NCBI RefSeq assembly: GCF_036321535.1
Contig: NC_087437.1
Location: forward strand, 101,000,001 to 101,064,000
Reading direction: 5' to 3'
Source of the DNA: Camelus dromedarius
Lineage: Eukaryota
DNA: 64,000 nucleotides
Shown here one piece after another: positions 12,535-26,261 of the stretch (its first letter is position 1; the number at the start of each line of letters is the position of its first letter). The position numbers and the translations under genes were made by a program. The notes under the pieces are model-generated. The model ran no database searches. It worked only from the letters and a program-made list of their open reading frames with translations, and had not been told where the DNA came from.

Positions 12535-12690
12535 CAGTGGTTCTCAAAGTGTCATCTATAGAAACTTGTTAGAAATCCAGATTCTCAGGTTCCAAATCAA
12601 TCCTCTGCCAAAAACTCTGGCAGGGAAGACTGCATGGGATTACAAACTCTTTAGATAATTCTGATGTACTCTGAGGTCTGAGCATCACTG
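12535..12690. mobile_element. MER5A-like hAT-Charlie MITE
   Basis: cagtggttctcaaagt...tgttagaaatccagattctcagg...attctgatgtac...tgagcatcactg, with terminal inverted repeats. Confidence 0.8.
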
Positions 12691-12894
12691 ACCTACACCA
12701 GTCATGGTTCACTCCCAGAGACTGCATGTGAATGAGTGAGGTTTCTAATCATTCACCTCTGAATTGCACTGAACCCTGGGCTCTTCTACATTCTCCCCAT
12801 GATTTGAATTAACAATTAGAAGTCATAAAAGGCCATCAAATCTACAGATACTAAGTGCATAAAAATAATAAGGGTCACTTATCGGAGATATCAT

Positions 12895-13390
12895 TTATCC
12901 TTTAGGGCTCCTGGTTGCAAGTAACAAACATGGAAATTAAACTGGTGCAAGTAAAAAAGGAGAAGAACAGTGAATCACATAGTTCAGGGTCTGGTTGAGA
13001 CGCACAAGTTCTATAGTTGTCGCTGGTCTCTCTCGATCTGTTCTTTTCCACGCTGACATGAATCATGACATCTGGTTTCTAAGAGGTCCAGGACTTCATG
13101 TGTTAAAGTGTAAATTTAGAGAAAACATGAGTTTTACTTTCCTTCTAAGAGTATGATTACAAATTATACACCATGTGTGAGTCACTTGTCCTTTCTGAGT
13201 TACCGTCTTTACCACAGTAATGTTTTAGACTGCCTAGCTCAGGTATAAGTTACATACCCATGCTAAGCCTGGATTTATACTACAATTCTATGCTTAAGAA
13301 TGACAGAGATGCAGTTACCACCCCACAATTAGGGACCGGTCTTCTTTCCAGGACAATAGTGAATGGATTTTGACTGGTAAAAGTAAATAA
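12895..13390 (-). mobile_element. Old MaLR LTR (MLT1J/K-like)
   Basis: Begins ttagggctcctggttgcaagtaacaaac...aactgg...aaaaaagg. Highly diverged. Confidence 0.55.
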
Positions 13391-14480
13391 TATCTATTCA
13401 AATCTGTAAATTTATCCATGAGGAATGGAATTCCAGAGGATAAATATCTGATCATATACTTGGATCCATAAATACAGCTGTATCTATAGTACATGTTGAA
13501 ATCTCTTATGATTGTGGAAATGTTGATGATTTTTTTCCAACATAAATTCCATATATATTAGCCATGTCATGCAGTAGCTATAAAAACTAATATGGCCTTT
13601 GGAAATATTTTTTTAAAACCCCAAAACACACAAAAATAGTATTACTGAGTTATGTGCTTTCTCCCAGTCTGTGCAGGACTATGCTGGATTTAGCACTGGG
13701 ATTCTCACATCTTAAGAAACTCCTCAGTCCACTTCATCTATGGGTGTTTACATGTCTTGCTGACTCTCTTTTGAGTGATGCTGTAAGTTTGTAAAAGTCT
13801 TTTACAAGAGAGTCCCTGGGAGATTTTAGTCCTTTCTATAGTCTACCCAGGCCAGGTTATGTCATATCAACTATGCATATACAGAAGTTGGAAGGTATAT
13901 ATGACACATTCTCAATCTAGAACTGAATGTTACTAAGACCTACAAGTTTAGTTTTTAAGTAAAGATGAAATGACTGGACATCATCAATGGATGGACTTTA
14001 GCTGTTTTGCCAGTATGATGATGAAGTTTTATCTGTAAGCTCTTATCTTGCCTCCCTTGTGACCAGCCTTATTCATTTGTCAGAAAAAAAAAAAATGACT
14101 AGCTTGGATCTGAGAGGGCAGTAGATAGCTATTGAGTCTAGAAAATATGTGACTCAAATGGAATTTAAATTCATGACTCTGCTTCATTAACACTAAAATT
14201 AAAGCAAGTGAACAAGATAAAGAATATTAACTCTTGCCTCATTTTTACGTGCTCTTATTACATTACTAAGGGTCAGAGAACGTCACTTATCCAGTCATTA
14301 TTCCTAAAATGACTGACTCTTATGAAAGAGTCATAATGAAAGAACAAAAGGACACATAGCTTGTCTGATGAATATTGTGAACCATCAATCATCCCATTAA
14401 TAGAGTTTATTCAAGTCTGATCCTGGAATCAAATTTGAAACACAGATTGATAATGGGAGGAAGCACAGAGTAATGATACA

Positions 14481-14665
14481 CAGTTGCCCCTTAGTATCTC
14501 GTGGTGATGGGACCCTCCTCAGATACCAAAATCCGCAGATACTCAAGCCCCATAGTTGGCCCTCCATGTCGCTGGATTCAGCCAATCACAGAAGCTAAAC
14601 ATGGTACACGATCTGTGGTTGGGTGAATCCATGGATGCAAATCTGCTGATACTGAGAGCCAAATG
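14481..14665. mobile_element. TcMar-Tigger MITE (MER2/MER8-like)
   Basis: TIRs CAGTTGCCCCTTAGTATC and GATACTGAGAGCCAAATG (14/18 complementary). TA follows the right end. Internal ataccaaaatccgcagatactcaag. Confidence 0.85.
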
Positions 14666-14689
14666 TAGTGAATTCAGGGGCCAGATTAT

Positions 14690-14935
14690 ATATTAGGATT
14701 TGAATCCTGGTACTACCATTTGGTAACTGTGGCCTCTGGAAGGATACTCAGCTGTTTTCTTGTGTATAAAGTAGCATTGCTAATAGTTCCTTCCTCATTT
14801 GATCATGAGTCAAATTACTTCCGTCTATTTTCTTGACTCTTGTGAGCTTCCTTTTGCTCATTTACAAAATACTGGCCTTGATAGCATCAGTTAATATTTG
14901 TGAGGATAAAATAAAATAATGTATATAAAGTCCCC
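14690..14935 (+). mobile_element. MIR SINE fragments
   Basis: ggatttgaatcctggtactaccatt; tgctcatttacaaaat; tgtgaggataaaataaaataatgtatataaag. Confidence 0.65.
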
Positions 14936-15928
14936 AATTGAAATCACTAGGTTATACAGATGTTATGCATAATCTGTTTTTTCTTAATAAGTCAAAGAAG
15001 AAAGATATGACTCATTATGTCACACATAATTTTCACTTGTAGAATATTCTATGCTGCTCCCTGACGTTTTCTTTTGATGATTCACGCTTGATGTCGGAGG
15101 TGGGGCGTGTTGCCTGATCAACTTTGTACTCAAATTATCAACCTGTCAAAAGCAAAATTAAAGAAGATAGATCAGAAAGTAAACATTTTATCTTGAGATA
15201 AAACAAAAAGGCAAGTCATTGACATTTTTCCATCCCCATACGTAGTTCTATTGGTATAAAGTTCTGTCTTTGTTATCTCTTAATTGTTTTTTCACTCTTT
15301 TCTCCTATTTTAACTTAAAATAACCTTCCCCAAACTTTGTATAGCAGTAACAGGCAGACAATACAAATATCGTGTAATCAAGAATCTATTTCAAGGCTTT
15401 ATAACTACAAGTCGGATTTGGCTTCAGTAGGAATTAATATATCTGATCAAATGCAGTGGAGAAAAGAAAAAAAAAAGGATGCAAACTCTTTTGAGGAACT
15501 ATTTGCTTCATAAATTAAACACATCTTCAAGTATAATTGAATACTAACAGTTTTTGTCTTATACAATTAATTGTTCTAAATTTCTTTGCTTTGGAAATTG
15601 TATTAGTGTAGTTTTATCAATGATAGCTATTATTTCATTCAGTTTATATATAAACACTTATTGTAAATTTATTTAAACTAAAATGACATTATTCCAATTT
15701 ATTTCATTATTCACCTTTTATTATTAACATTAATGAATTTGGGTCATAATGTAAGTAGCTGAATATGAGTTTCACTAACAGTTATCCAATTTGAATGCTG
15801 ATTTTAATGACACATGAATTTGATTGCAGTATGTATCGAATCACTATCTTTACACTTTTAAGAATAGTATACCTCAAAGTATTTTCAAATAAGCTTATAT
15901 ACTTAAAATATTAATTTTCTCCTAATTT

Positions 15929-17197
15929 CATGTATTGAGGTAACATCGGTTTATAACATTATGTGAGTTTCACATGAATAATGTTATATTTTGACTTCTG
16001 CATGCCCTGCAGTGTGCTTATAACCAAAAGCTGAGTTTCCATTCGTCACCATACAGTTGACCCCTTTACCCATTTTGCCTTTCCCTTACCCTTCCTCTCT
16101 GATAACTGCTACTCTGTTCCCTGTATCTACATGTATATTTTTGTTTGGCTTCATTTGTTCCTTTATTTATTTATTTTTCTTTTCTTTTTCCTATTATACA
16201 AATGAGTGAAATCATGTGGTATTTGTCTTTTTCCATTTGACTTACTTCACTTAACATAATACTATCAAGGTCCACCCATATTGTCTGAAATGTCAAGATG
16301 TCATTTTTTTTATGTTTGAGTAGTATTCCATTGTGTATCTCTTTTTTAGTCCATTCATCTGTTGATAGGCACTTAGGTTGTTTCCATACCTTGGCTGTTA
16401 TAAATAATGCTGTGATCAACATAGGGGTGCATATATCATTTTGATAGTGTTTCTGTACTCTTAAGATAATCTCCAGAAGTGGAAAAGCTGAATCATATGG
16501 TAGTTCTATTCTAATTTTTTAAGGAATCTCCATACTGTTTCCCACAGTGGCTGCACCAATTTACATTCCCACCAGCTGTGTATAAGGGTTTCCTTTCCTT
16601 CACATCTTCTTCAACATTTGTTATTTCTTGCCTTTTTGATAACAGCCATTCTAACTGTATGTCTTCTTTGGAAAAATGTCTGTTCAGGTTCTCTCTCCAT
16701 TTTTTAATTGGGTCTTTTGATTTTTGTTGTTGAGTTATATGATTTCTTGATATATTTTGGATATTAACACCTTTATGAGATATATGATTTGGAAATAACA
16801 AAGAACATGCAATGAAGAAAGGATAGTCTCTTCAACAAATAGTGTTGGGAAAACTGGACAATCATATACAAAAGAATGGAGCTACAGCACTGTCTCACAC
16901 CATACACAAAAATAAACTCAAAATGGATTAAAGACTTAAATATAAGACCTGAAACAGTAAAACTCCTAGAAGAAAACATAGGCAGTATGTTCTTTGACAT
17001 GGGTCTTATCAATATCTTTCCTGATGTGTTTCCTCAGACAAGGGAAACAAAAAAGCAAAAATAAACAATTGGCATTTATCAAACTAAAAAGCTTTTGCAC
17101 AGAAAAAAAAAAGTACCCCACAACCAAACACATAAACAAAAAACCAACAACAAAACAAACAGATAGCCTACCTAATGGGAGAAGATTTTCAAACAGA
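15929..17197 (-). mobile_element. 5'-inverted LINE-1 with TSD and internal deletion
   Basis: 15929-~16795 is minus-strand 3' UTR and ORF2 end ([28 protein letters not shown]). ~16797-17195 is plus-strand ORF2 (LTPYTKINSKWIKDLNIRPETVKLLEENIG). TSD tctcctaattt at 15918-15928 and 17198-17208. Confidence 0.92.
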
Positions 17198-18429
17198 TCT
17201 CCTAATTTTATTCAATTATCTCTTCCACTTTTTTTGTAATTGCAATTTTGGTTAAAGCATGTATAGGATGAGTGATGAGTGATATAATTTCAAACTCTGA
17301 GGGAAATATTTTATGTGAAGATTTTTTAACAGTCCAGAATGAAGATTGCTTAGACCTTCTGTGCCTCAATATATTTCTTTCTCATTTCTCTCACTATCCC
17401 TATGAATTCCAAATGCTAAATAAATCAATAAAGTAACTTAGTAGGCATTTCCAAGCCCATTTTAATGTCAAAAATATTTGAAATCTGACCTGGAATTTTA
17501 TGAATTATATTTGTTTTCTTTCAAGACTGAACACCTGCTCTTCATTCCAATTTGACATCTCAAAATGCAATATTTTCCTAAAATCAACTTCAATTCCTTC
17601 TTTCTCATTTATTTTATCTTAATGTGCTTCTAGCTCTTATTTTTTTTTCCTTTATACTTTTAGATTATCTCTAAAGTCTTGGGCCTCAAATAGCAAAGTT
17701 CATTCTTTCCAAATATCTATGATTACTACTATTAGCATCTATAGTTCCCAGATAGGCTGTAATCATAGAAATTCCTGACTTTACCTCATTGGAATTGTTA
17801 TGTAAAATTTTAACATTCCCTACGAAATTTATTAATTTTTATTTGTTACATTTAATTTCCTTTGTACTTCTTGAAAAGAATTTTTTCTCTATATTTTTCT
17901 TTACTTCTTTTAATTTTGCTCAAAGCACACTCAAGTTCAGACAAAATGTGATTTTTCAAGCAAAGAAAAGCATAGGTAGTCTTTACTCGTCACTGCTATT
18001 TATTACTTTTCCAAACAGTTGGCAGTTAGGTCCTCTATACCTTGGGCTGTTTCTCAACTAAAATAGATTGCACTCTGATGTTTAGCAACTGCTTGTGATT
18101 CAGCCCTTTGGTTCTAATGTCAGAGGTTTTGTTTTAACATTTGCTACGTTATAGTATTTTTGAGACCCTGGGCAAGTCTTTAAAGGTGTTCTATGTAATT
18201 TTTTCCCTTTTAGTGGTATTTATACAGCACAATATTTTTTGTTGACAAACCCATCAAAATTATTAGAAAGTTGTAAATACAAACTTTATTTAAAGATTTG
18301 TGAGTTTGTGTAATATATGTGTGTGCTGTTCATACATACATTCATTATTAAAATAGTAGGACAAGGCATGGATATTATTTCAGCCTGTTACCATAAAGCA
18401 GTTGTGCAATCATTGACAACCTACTTCAC

Positions 18430-18875
18430 TTTTCTAGATCTTGTTTTTCTTAATCTTTTTTAAAAATCGAAGCATGCCATTTATACTGCCCCTCCCCCAA
18501 ATGCACAAATCATCATGGATACCTTGATGAATTTTCACAAGGGGACCACAACCATGCAACCAGAATCCAATAGAGAAAATGTTACCAGCATCCCAGAAGT
18601 GTCCCTTGTGTTCACATCCAGAAACCAACCTTCAAGGATAAACAATATTTTGACATCTAACCCTAAAGATTAACTAATCTTTTAAACTAATCCTTGATTT
18701 AGAACTTTATATAGTTGGAATCATAGTGTATAAGACTTTTTATCTTTTCTCACCTTTTTTAATAAAAAGTTATTTTTATAATATCTACCTATATCATTGC
18801 ATATGCTTGTAAATTATTCATTCTCCTTCCGTGTAGTATCTTACTGTGTGACTATACACAGTGCATTTATCTGTC
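18430..18875 (-). mobile_element. Old L1 (L1ME-like) 3' UTR fragment
   Basis: gatgaattttcacaa...ccagcatcccagaag...gaactttatatagttggaatcatagtgtat. Confidence 0.75.
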
Positions 18876-19319
18876 CTTAGAAGGGAGTTGCTACCTGATG
18901 AACTAAGAATTCTTTGCCTACAATAAAGATAAAATTGTCATATCAGAGGCAATAGAATTAAAAAGAAATCTTACTCAATAACCCAATACCAAATTACTAA
19001 TGACTCAGAGGGTATAGGCAGTAACAAAAGACATGGTTAGGGTTTGGGGAGGTCCAAGATGGTCAATGCTACTCCCCAAATACTCTTCATCTCTTGTATT
19101 CAAACACATTCTAGTTTGGATTTAACATAAGAGATTTACGCATTGCCTTCACCAGTACATCTGTTTAGTGGTGTTTAATTATAAGGGGATCTGATCAGAT
19201 TATTTCTTTATTTCTCAAGTAACCTCAGTAAAGGGAGACAATAGATTACAAGTCTGCTTGTAAATTTAACCCTATCCTTCTCACTCAGAAAAATGTCTAT
19301 ATTTCTATTTATTTATTCA

Positions 19320-20705
19320 TATATTTTACATATTTAGATATGCAAATCATCTGGTATATTTCTATATATAATACGGTATATATGGGGATCAAGATGTAAT
19401 ATTTTTCCAATTGGACTTCCAATTGACCTGGCACTATTTATTGAAAAGATTTACCTTTCCCCACTATACTGCAGGTCACTGTCATAAATAAGGTGATCAT
19501 ACATGTGTTGGTCTGTTTCTGTACTCTATATTATGTTTTCATTGTCTATTTTCTATTATATATAGCACCATCATCATGCAGTCTTAATTACTTTAAATGT
19601 ATAAAATATTTGTGAGTGTGCATTTCTGTTTTTGTTCTTATTCTTCAAGATTACCTTGCCTATTTTCAGCCCTTTGCATTAATTTATAAATTTTAGGATC
19701 ACATTGTCATTTTCTTCATTATTAAGAGATTTTTAATTGGGGTTGCAAATCAGATTAGGTAGGATGGACACCTTTGTAATATCGAGTGTTCCAATATATT
19801 GAGTTGCTTAAGCCTTCTTTATTTTATTTATTTATTTATGTTTTACTATACAGTTCTTATACATAGTTTGTAAAAATTGTGTATAATTTGTTTATGTTGT
19901 TGCTATTATAAATGGCATCTTTTTAAATTTTGCTTTCCATGTGTTTGTAGCTAGTAAACAAAATCAATACAATTGTTTTTTTCATGTTGATTTGTATCCA
20001 GTATGCTTGCTAAATTACTGGATTTTCTATGCACAGGATCAGATCATCTTTGAATATTGACAGTTTTATTTTCTCCTTATTTAAATATTTATGTATTTTT
20101 TCTTTCCTTATTATAACTGACTAAAATCTTCAGTACAATGTAGAATAAAAGGGATAATGGCAGGCATTCTTTTTTTTTCATTCTTGAAGTCATTAGGAAA
20201 ATCTCATCAGGTATAATGTTTGTTACAGGTCTTTTGTAGGTACCATTTGTCAGGTTAAAGACATTCCACACTATTCTTATTTTGCTAAGTTATTTTGTTT
20301 GTTTTGTTTGTTTTTAATCACAAATGAGTACAGAATTTTGTCAAATAATTTTTAGCACTGTTTAAAAAGTTATATAGTTTTCCTCCTTTATTCTAATAAT
20401 ATGGTGAATAATATCACTTGGTTTATGAATAATAACATTCCTTGAATTTCTGAAATAAAGCATACTTTGTCATAACATCTCTTTTGTGCATATTGTTGTG
20501 TCATATTTGATAATATCTTGTTCATGAGATAAATCTTTAGTTTTCCTGTCACATCTTTTTCAGATACTGATCTTAAGATCTCATGGTAATCTTGTAACTT
20601 TGCAGAGCTCTGGAAATTCTGGCAAAAACACTTGGAGAGTTTGTATTTTTCCCTCTTTAAATATTTTAAAGAAGGCCCCAGGGAAGTCATCTGATTCTAG
20701 GGTTG
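19320..20705 (-). mobile_element. Old degenerate L1 ORF2 fragment
   Basis: gcactatttattgaaaagat, ttcttcaagattaccttgcctattttcagccctttgcatt, gacagttttatttt, cagtacaatgtagaataaaag are antisense L1 ORF2 landmarks. Confidence 0.8.
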
Positions 20706-20799
20706 GACCAGTGTTTTTAAACTACTATTTGTAATGGTGTTAAATATTATAGAGTAACACAGTGAAGGTAACACCTTGTTGTAGGAAAACCACTAAAAT

Positions 20800-20915
20800 A
20801 GATTATCTTATTTCATCTATACAGAAACTCTTTGAGGTCTTAACAATATTTTTAAAATCAGAGAATTGAAGTTTAAAGAGGGCAAATGGCTTGCCCAAAG
20901 TTACACAGGTAGTTT
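20800..20915 (-). mobile_element. MIR fragment
   Basis: gaagtttaaagagggcaaatggcttgcccaaagttacacaggtagt (MIR core, antisense). Confidence 0.7.
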
Positions 20916-20954
20916 GAAAAGAACTATTTATAAACATTGCCTTTTTATCTTTCA

Positions 20955-21160
20955 AATGAAAAAGTTGAGTAGATTGTAAATGTTCTCATCACAAGAAGGA
21001 AAAAATGTAACTATAGTGTGGTGGCTATTATTTAGACTTATTATAGTGATCATTTATATACATATAATACATATATAATATATATAATCATTATGTTGTA
21101 CAACTGAAACTAATATAATGTTATATGTCAATTATGTCTTAATTAAAACATGAAAAAATT
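20955..21160 (+). mobile_element. L1MA/MB extreme 3' end
   Basis: gtagattgtaaatgttctcatcacaagaa...tgttgtacaactgaaactaatataatgttatatgtcaattat. Confidence 0.8.
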
Positions 21161-24100
21161 GACAAAGTGAAGTGTTCACAGAGATAGAGATATTAGTCAA
21201 GGTAAAGAGGAATATATTTAATGTGATAAAAAGGACAATTCCACAGTATTTTGTATAAATTTTTGAAAAATGATTAAAGACAATTTAAGTAATACAAATT
21301 TTATTTAACACTTCATCAAGCAGATACTCTCCATTCAGAGAACTAAAATGGAGCAGAAGGCAAGAAGCTTTTATAGGATGGAGAATAATGGATAAAGAAG
21401 AGACAAATAAAAGAGTAAAATAAAAATATCTTACTGGCTGAAGCCATAGAGTCAACCTTGTTTGGGCTCCATTGCTTTAACCATGGCTCTTAGATGTCTT
21501 ATCTCAAATGTCAACATCCTGCTTTCTGAATACAACCTCCCACCTTTGCAGCTATCATTTCTCTCCTTAATCCAGTGCAGATTTCCTTTGACAACAGTGT
21601 GGCCTTCAGTGTCAAGACTACATCAACTATTTTCGCTGAAGCGTGTGCATCCTTTGATCTCCACAACATGAGAAAAGGAGATCCCTGAGTCTCTGTCATC
21701 CTTGATTGTCTGCCTTTTCTACAACACATGAATGGTTGGTTTCACGTAGAAAAATATTGAAGAGCCCTTTGAACTAGTGACAGTCTATATTCAACTTCTT
21801 CCATCTTCTCAGTGCTTCTTAAAGGGATTTACTCCCTGAGAAATTTCTTTCCTGTTTTCCCACTGTCTACTTTAATTCTTCCCAGTCTCTTCAAGGGTTA
21901 TATTCCATCATATTTCAAGTCTCACTGCAGATGATATTCTTGCCTAACTACTTCATCTGGAATAAAACAATATTAGGTCACAGAAAATCATCTGCCTTTA
22001 AAATTCTTCTGCCTTTAAAATTATGAGTCCATATAAATTCACAGGTAATTATAATAATAAAACTGAATAAAAGTATTATTTTTTATTTATAGTCCCATTA
22101 TTCAAATCTTAGCAACATCATAATGTTTATTCGTCATGGCATTCTTATTTCACAGATAATGTCTCGTACCAGGAACAAGCATCTCACAAGAGAGTCCTAA
22201 GAGGAAAACTAACCTTCTAAGACTAAAACTCAGGGGAGTCACAATTAAGGACCTGACGTAATTAGTCTGGTTCTCTAATGTTGTGCACCTTTCATTCTTA
22301 CTGTTTAGTCTCACTCTGAAAATTTAACTAACCCTAGATGCACTGATGAATCCAGAACTCATTCTTGTACTATGTGTCTAGCAACATCTTAGGTATCAAT
22401 TCATCTTATAAAGTAGAAGTGCCTTTTATTTTTCTCCTCTTCTCATATCTCAGCATCTTAATTTCAGTGACTCATGAGCTGAGTCTGTTTTTATTTATTT
22501 TATGTATTCTTTTTTTTTTTTTTTTTTTGGTCTCCTTTCAGTAGTGCTGATGTGTCACAGAACTGTGACTACAACTTCTATCGTAATTGATGGGAACAAA
22601 TTCTCCTGGGATGTATTAATACAGCTGTAGGCAGTGAGGCAAGCAGTGAACGGAAAGCAAATGGGTTCAGGAGCTCTAGAGACATCGATGTTGCTGGAGG
22701 CAAGGGAGGTAGGCAGCCACTAATAACTACAGCGAAACAGTGGGAAGAAAGCGTGCACTAGGTTTATTTCACTAATCATTATATATCATATGCACTTGGT
22801 GGTTATGATCAAATGTTATTTTCCCAAACCAGTTAGCCTTCAGTGTGGTGCTAATTAATGCATATGGAGCTGCTAGTTATAATGATCACCAGGCCTTTGA
22901 TTTTAAGCATCCACATTAAGAATATAGATTTTCTCTGTGGTTTTGAGGGCAAAACATTTTTTCTCAGTCTTGAATACTTTTTCCAAAGACCAAGATTCTA
23001 TTTAGTTTGAAATTCTAAGACAACTCCTTCACATTTTTAATTTAGGTGCTCTAAACTTGGATCCATAGGATTTTAGTTCTGGTTAAAACGGTTAATTTTG
23101 CTGATTAAGAGCTTGCTCTAGAGAGAATGAGTGACTCGCTCAAGGTCCAAAAATTGTTTATGGGCAGCATTTGGATAAAAGCAAATACTAAGGGTCATCA
23201 TGGTTAGATTTACCAGCAATTCAGCAAAATGTATTGAGTGTTTATTGTGTGTTAGACATTGTGTCAAGGGGTAGGAATACAAAGACACATATAATTAATA
23301 CTTAGAAATATACAAACACAAATTATTTCAGGATACATAATTATTTGCTAGTGACATAGAGAAAGAGGGAACAAAAAGAAGGGAATTGTCCATTTTGATT
23401 AGAGAGTTTGAGGACAATGAAATACCTACAACTGGTAGCTGGCAGTACTGGCTAAGAGGGGCAGGAGGCTTGCTGTAGAGTCTTTGCAGAGCATGGTGGA
23501 GGAATGTGGAAGTCACTGACCCAGATATGCCTATTCTCGTACAATTCTTGTGAACTGTGTTTATACCCTGAGTTTCACAATTATGTAAAGGTGCAATTTT
23601 CCTACCCGGAATTTGCACTGTACAATGAAGAGAAGCCAGATACATTTAGCTTTTATATGGAATCTTTAGATGTTAAGCACATCTTATTTTGTGCCTCCAG
23701 AAATAAATATCTTCTGTACTTTTGTCATTGCAAAGTTCACTTTACTAAGTAATAGAAAAAAAGAAAGATATACTGCTTGATGCATGTCTTAAACACCCTT
23801 GACTTTTCAACGCATTGATGACTTCCATGGCTGCCCACACAGTCTTGGTTTTGGAACTAAGGATGGCATCTATCACTGTTACTACATAGATGATTGCATA
23901 CAAAGACCCTGGCATTTTCAAATCCTTAGCAATAATTCCTTTAACAGACATAGTCCTTTATAAATAAAGAATCAGACACAAAGTTAACACACATGTCCAG
24001 CTGCAAATAATTTAATGACTCTACCACCATCTGGCATCTTCCTAGTGAACCATGAGTCACACGAAGCATGAAAAATAACTGCACCATGGTGTCTGATGTG

Positions 24101-26247
24101 TGTTGCAGCCTCCTGTAGAGATACTCAAGGAGGATTCATTTGTCTCGGTTTTCAGCAGGCATTTTGATGAATATGAATGTTATAGAAATGGCTGAATCTA
24201 TGTATGAATCAAATGTAAACCAAATATTAACTGCCTCCCAAGAGGAAATGTTTTGCTCTCTTTTGACTTTTTTTTTTTTTTTTCCTTTCTGCCTGGTCAT
24301 TTCTTGAGACATCAGACATAAAACTGGCTTAGTGCTAGAGTCTCATTCTCCTTCAGAGAAAGGAAAAGTTTAAGGGACACATATAAGTAAAATAAAAGTA
24401 AAAGTATCTTAAACCCATTACTCTTTGTAATGACTCCATGAAGTTTACTATTCTTCAAAAGAAGTTTTTAAAGTAATAAAGGGTGGTTTTACATAAAGGA
24501 CATGCAATTACACATAGGTAGTCATGTAGCAATATAACCATTCCTCATGTAATGTCTAATCTATTCTTTTCAAAGTACTTATAATGTAAAAGACTGTCTG
24601 ATTGAAATGTTAAAGTGTCATTAAATCTCATGTAAAATAAACATTTCAGAAATTAAGGAATCACATTCTCTTTACTCCCCATTTGGAAAACAGAGGGAAG
24701 TAAGCTGGACATGATGATAGAGAAAAAGAGGAGAGATAGGGGTGCTGTATTCTTCTTAATCTTAATGAATCCACCTGGCATCTTGAAGAAACTCTGGAGG
24801 GTCTGTTCATTCTTCTGAGGCTATCAGCTTGTGACCACCTTCCTGGAACGCAATTTCTGGTTTAAGGGATAAGCTATTCTGCGTAAACAATGTATAAGGA
24901 ATGGAGAGTTTAATGGAAAGGTTGGAGGCTCTTAAGCACAAAAGCAATCAAGCAACTGAAGCAGAGATGGAGGTTTATCAGAGAAAAGAGAAAAGCAAGT
25001 TGCAAGAATTTAAAGTCAGAATGAATCAGCAAACAGCTTTAGCATCAGGGAAGCCATTTTGTTAGTTTCCTACTCTTTCCCCCAGAGCAAGGTTGAGAAG
25101 GGTCGAAAAAAGTTCCAAAGAGACAAACGAAGGACGCCCAGTGCGAATGAAATTTCAACATTATTTCATGAAAATCACTTGTAGCCACTTCTGCTGTTTG
25201 AATGCATTAGCAAATAAGATCCAGAATAATACAATATTTCTTAACAACTCTTTCTTTTTTGTTTTTTAGTGATTGAGGAGTCATGAAAACAACATAAGTT
25301 TGTACAATATGGTCTCAAAATTATAGACCTGCCCTGGAAGCTTTAAAAATCTGACTTCTTACGGAATTATTTTTCATGTTTTTGATTAATGTGTGTGTAC
25401 ACACGTTTTATAAACACTATGGATTTAAAAACATCACACAATTGACAGGTATTCTAAGATTTAAATGTTGAGTCCCTCTTAGGGTTCTGCTCCTGGTGTT
25501 CAAAATGCACTTGGACAAGTTTTAAATTTTCTGTAGTCCAGTTGGTTTATTGGTTAAGTGGGAAGATTATTGATATCCAAGAACATAATGCCATTACTAT
25601 AGGATATTATTTTAATAAAACAAATGCTGGAGAAATGCTGTCTGTGACTATAGCACATTTATTAGTGTATGTTTACCATTCAGAGCTAACATATTTGATA
25701 AATATTTATTTAACTGAATTAAACTGCAAATAGACATCTGCTCATTTTCCTAGGTATATATGCCACTGGAAGAGAATTATTATTTGAACATCTTTATGTA
25801 TTCTGGGCAACTTAGTAATGGGAGGGGGTAAATATTTGGGCTTATTATCAAGCTATTCCTTTCCCTCACTCTCCCCTTAGCCTTTTTACATTAACCTGTT
25901 TCATAGATAAGATACATGAAAAATATTTTCACAAACTGCCTCAAAATTTCACATGCATATTGAGTTTCCAGTCATATTTGGCAAGAAATTGAAACTGGTT
26001 GTCAGAAATGTTCTAGAGATTTGATTTCTACATTAAAAAAACTGTCAAATCCTTAAAACTCACTTAATTAATGATTGTATAGGTTTTGATATATTTTCCA
26101 AAGAGCAGACAACTTGAAAAAAAAAGTGCATCCAATTATAATTTGTGACAAACTTCACTAGAGAACATTTATAAAAAATCAGAGTCAAAACGTTACTGAC
26201 ATTATTTAAAGAAATAAAAACATATGCAGCTTCTGAAAAGGAAGTCT

Positions 26248-26261
26248 CCACTAGAGGGTGG
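26248..26261 (+). promoter_or_regulatory. Candidate CTCF site
   Basis: CCACTAGAGGGTGG differs from the CCASYAGRKGGCRS core at one position (T for C). Confidence 0.45.

Noticed and set aside
21160..21515. Possible old minus-strand LTR
   Set aside because: LTR-like feel, but termini, TSD and family could not be supported.
21991..22022. Tandem duplication tctgcctttaaaatt x2; also the 18-bp repeat at 9886-9930
   Set aside because: Ordinary slippage duplications with no unique spacers; not CRISPR-like.
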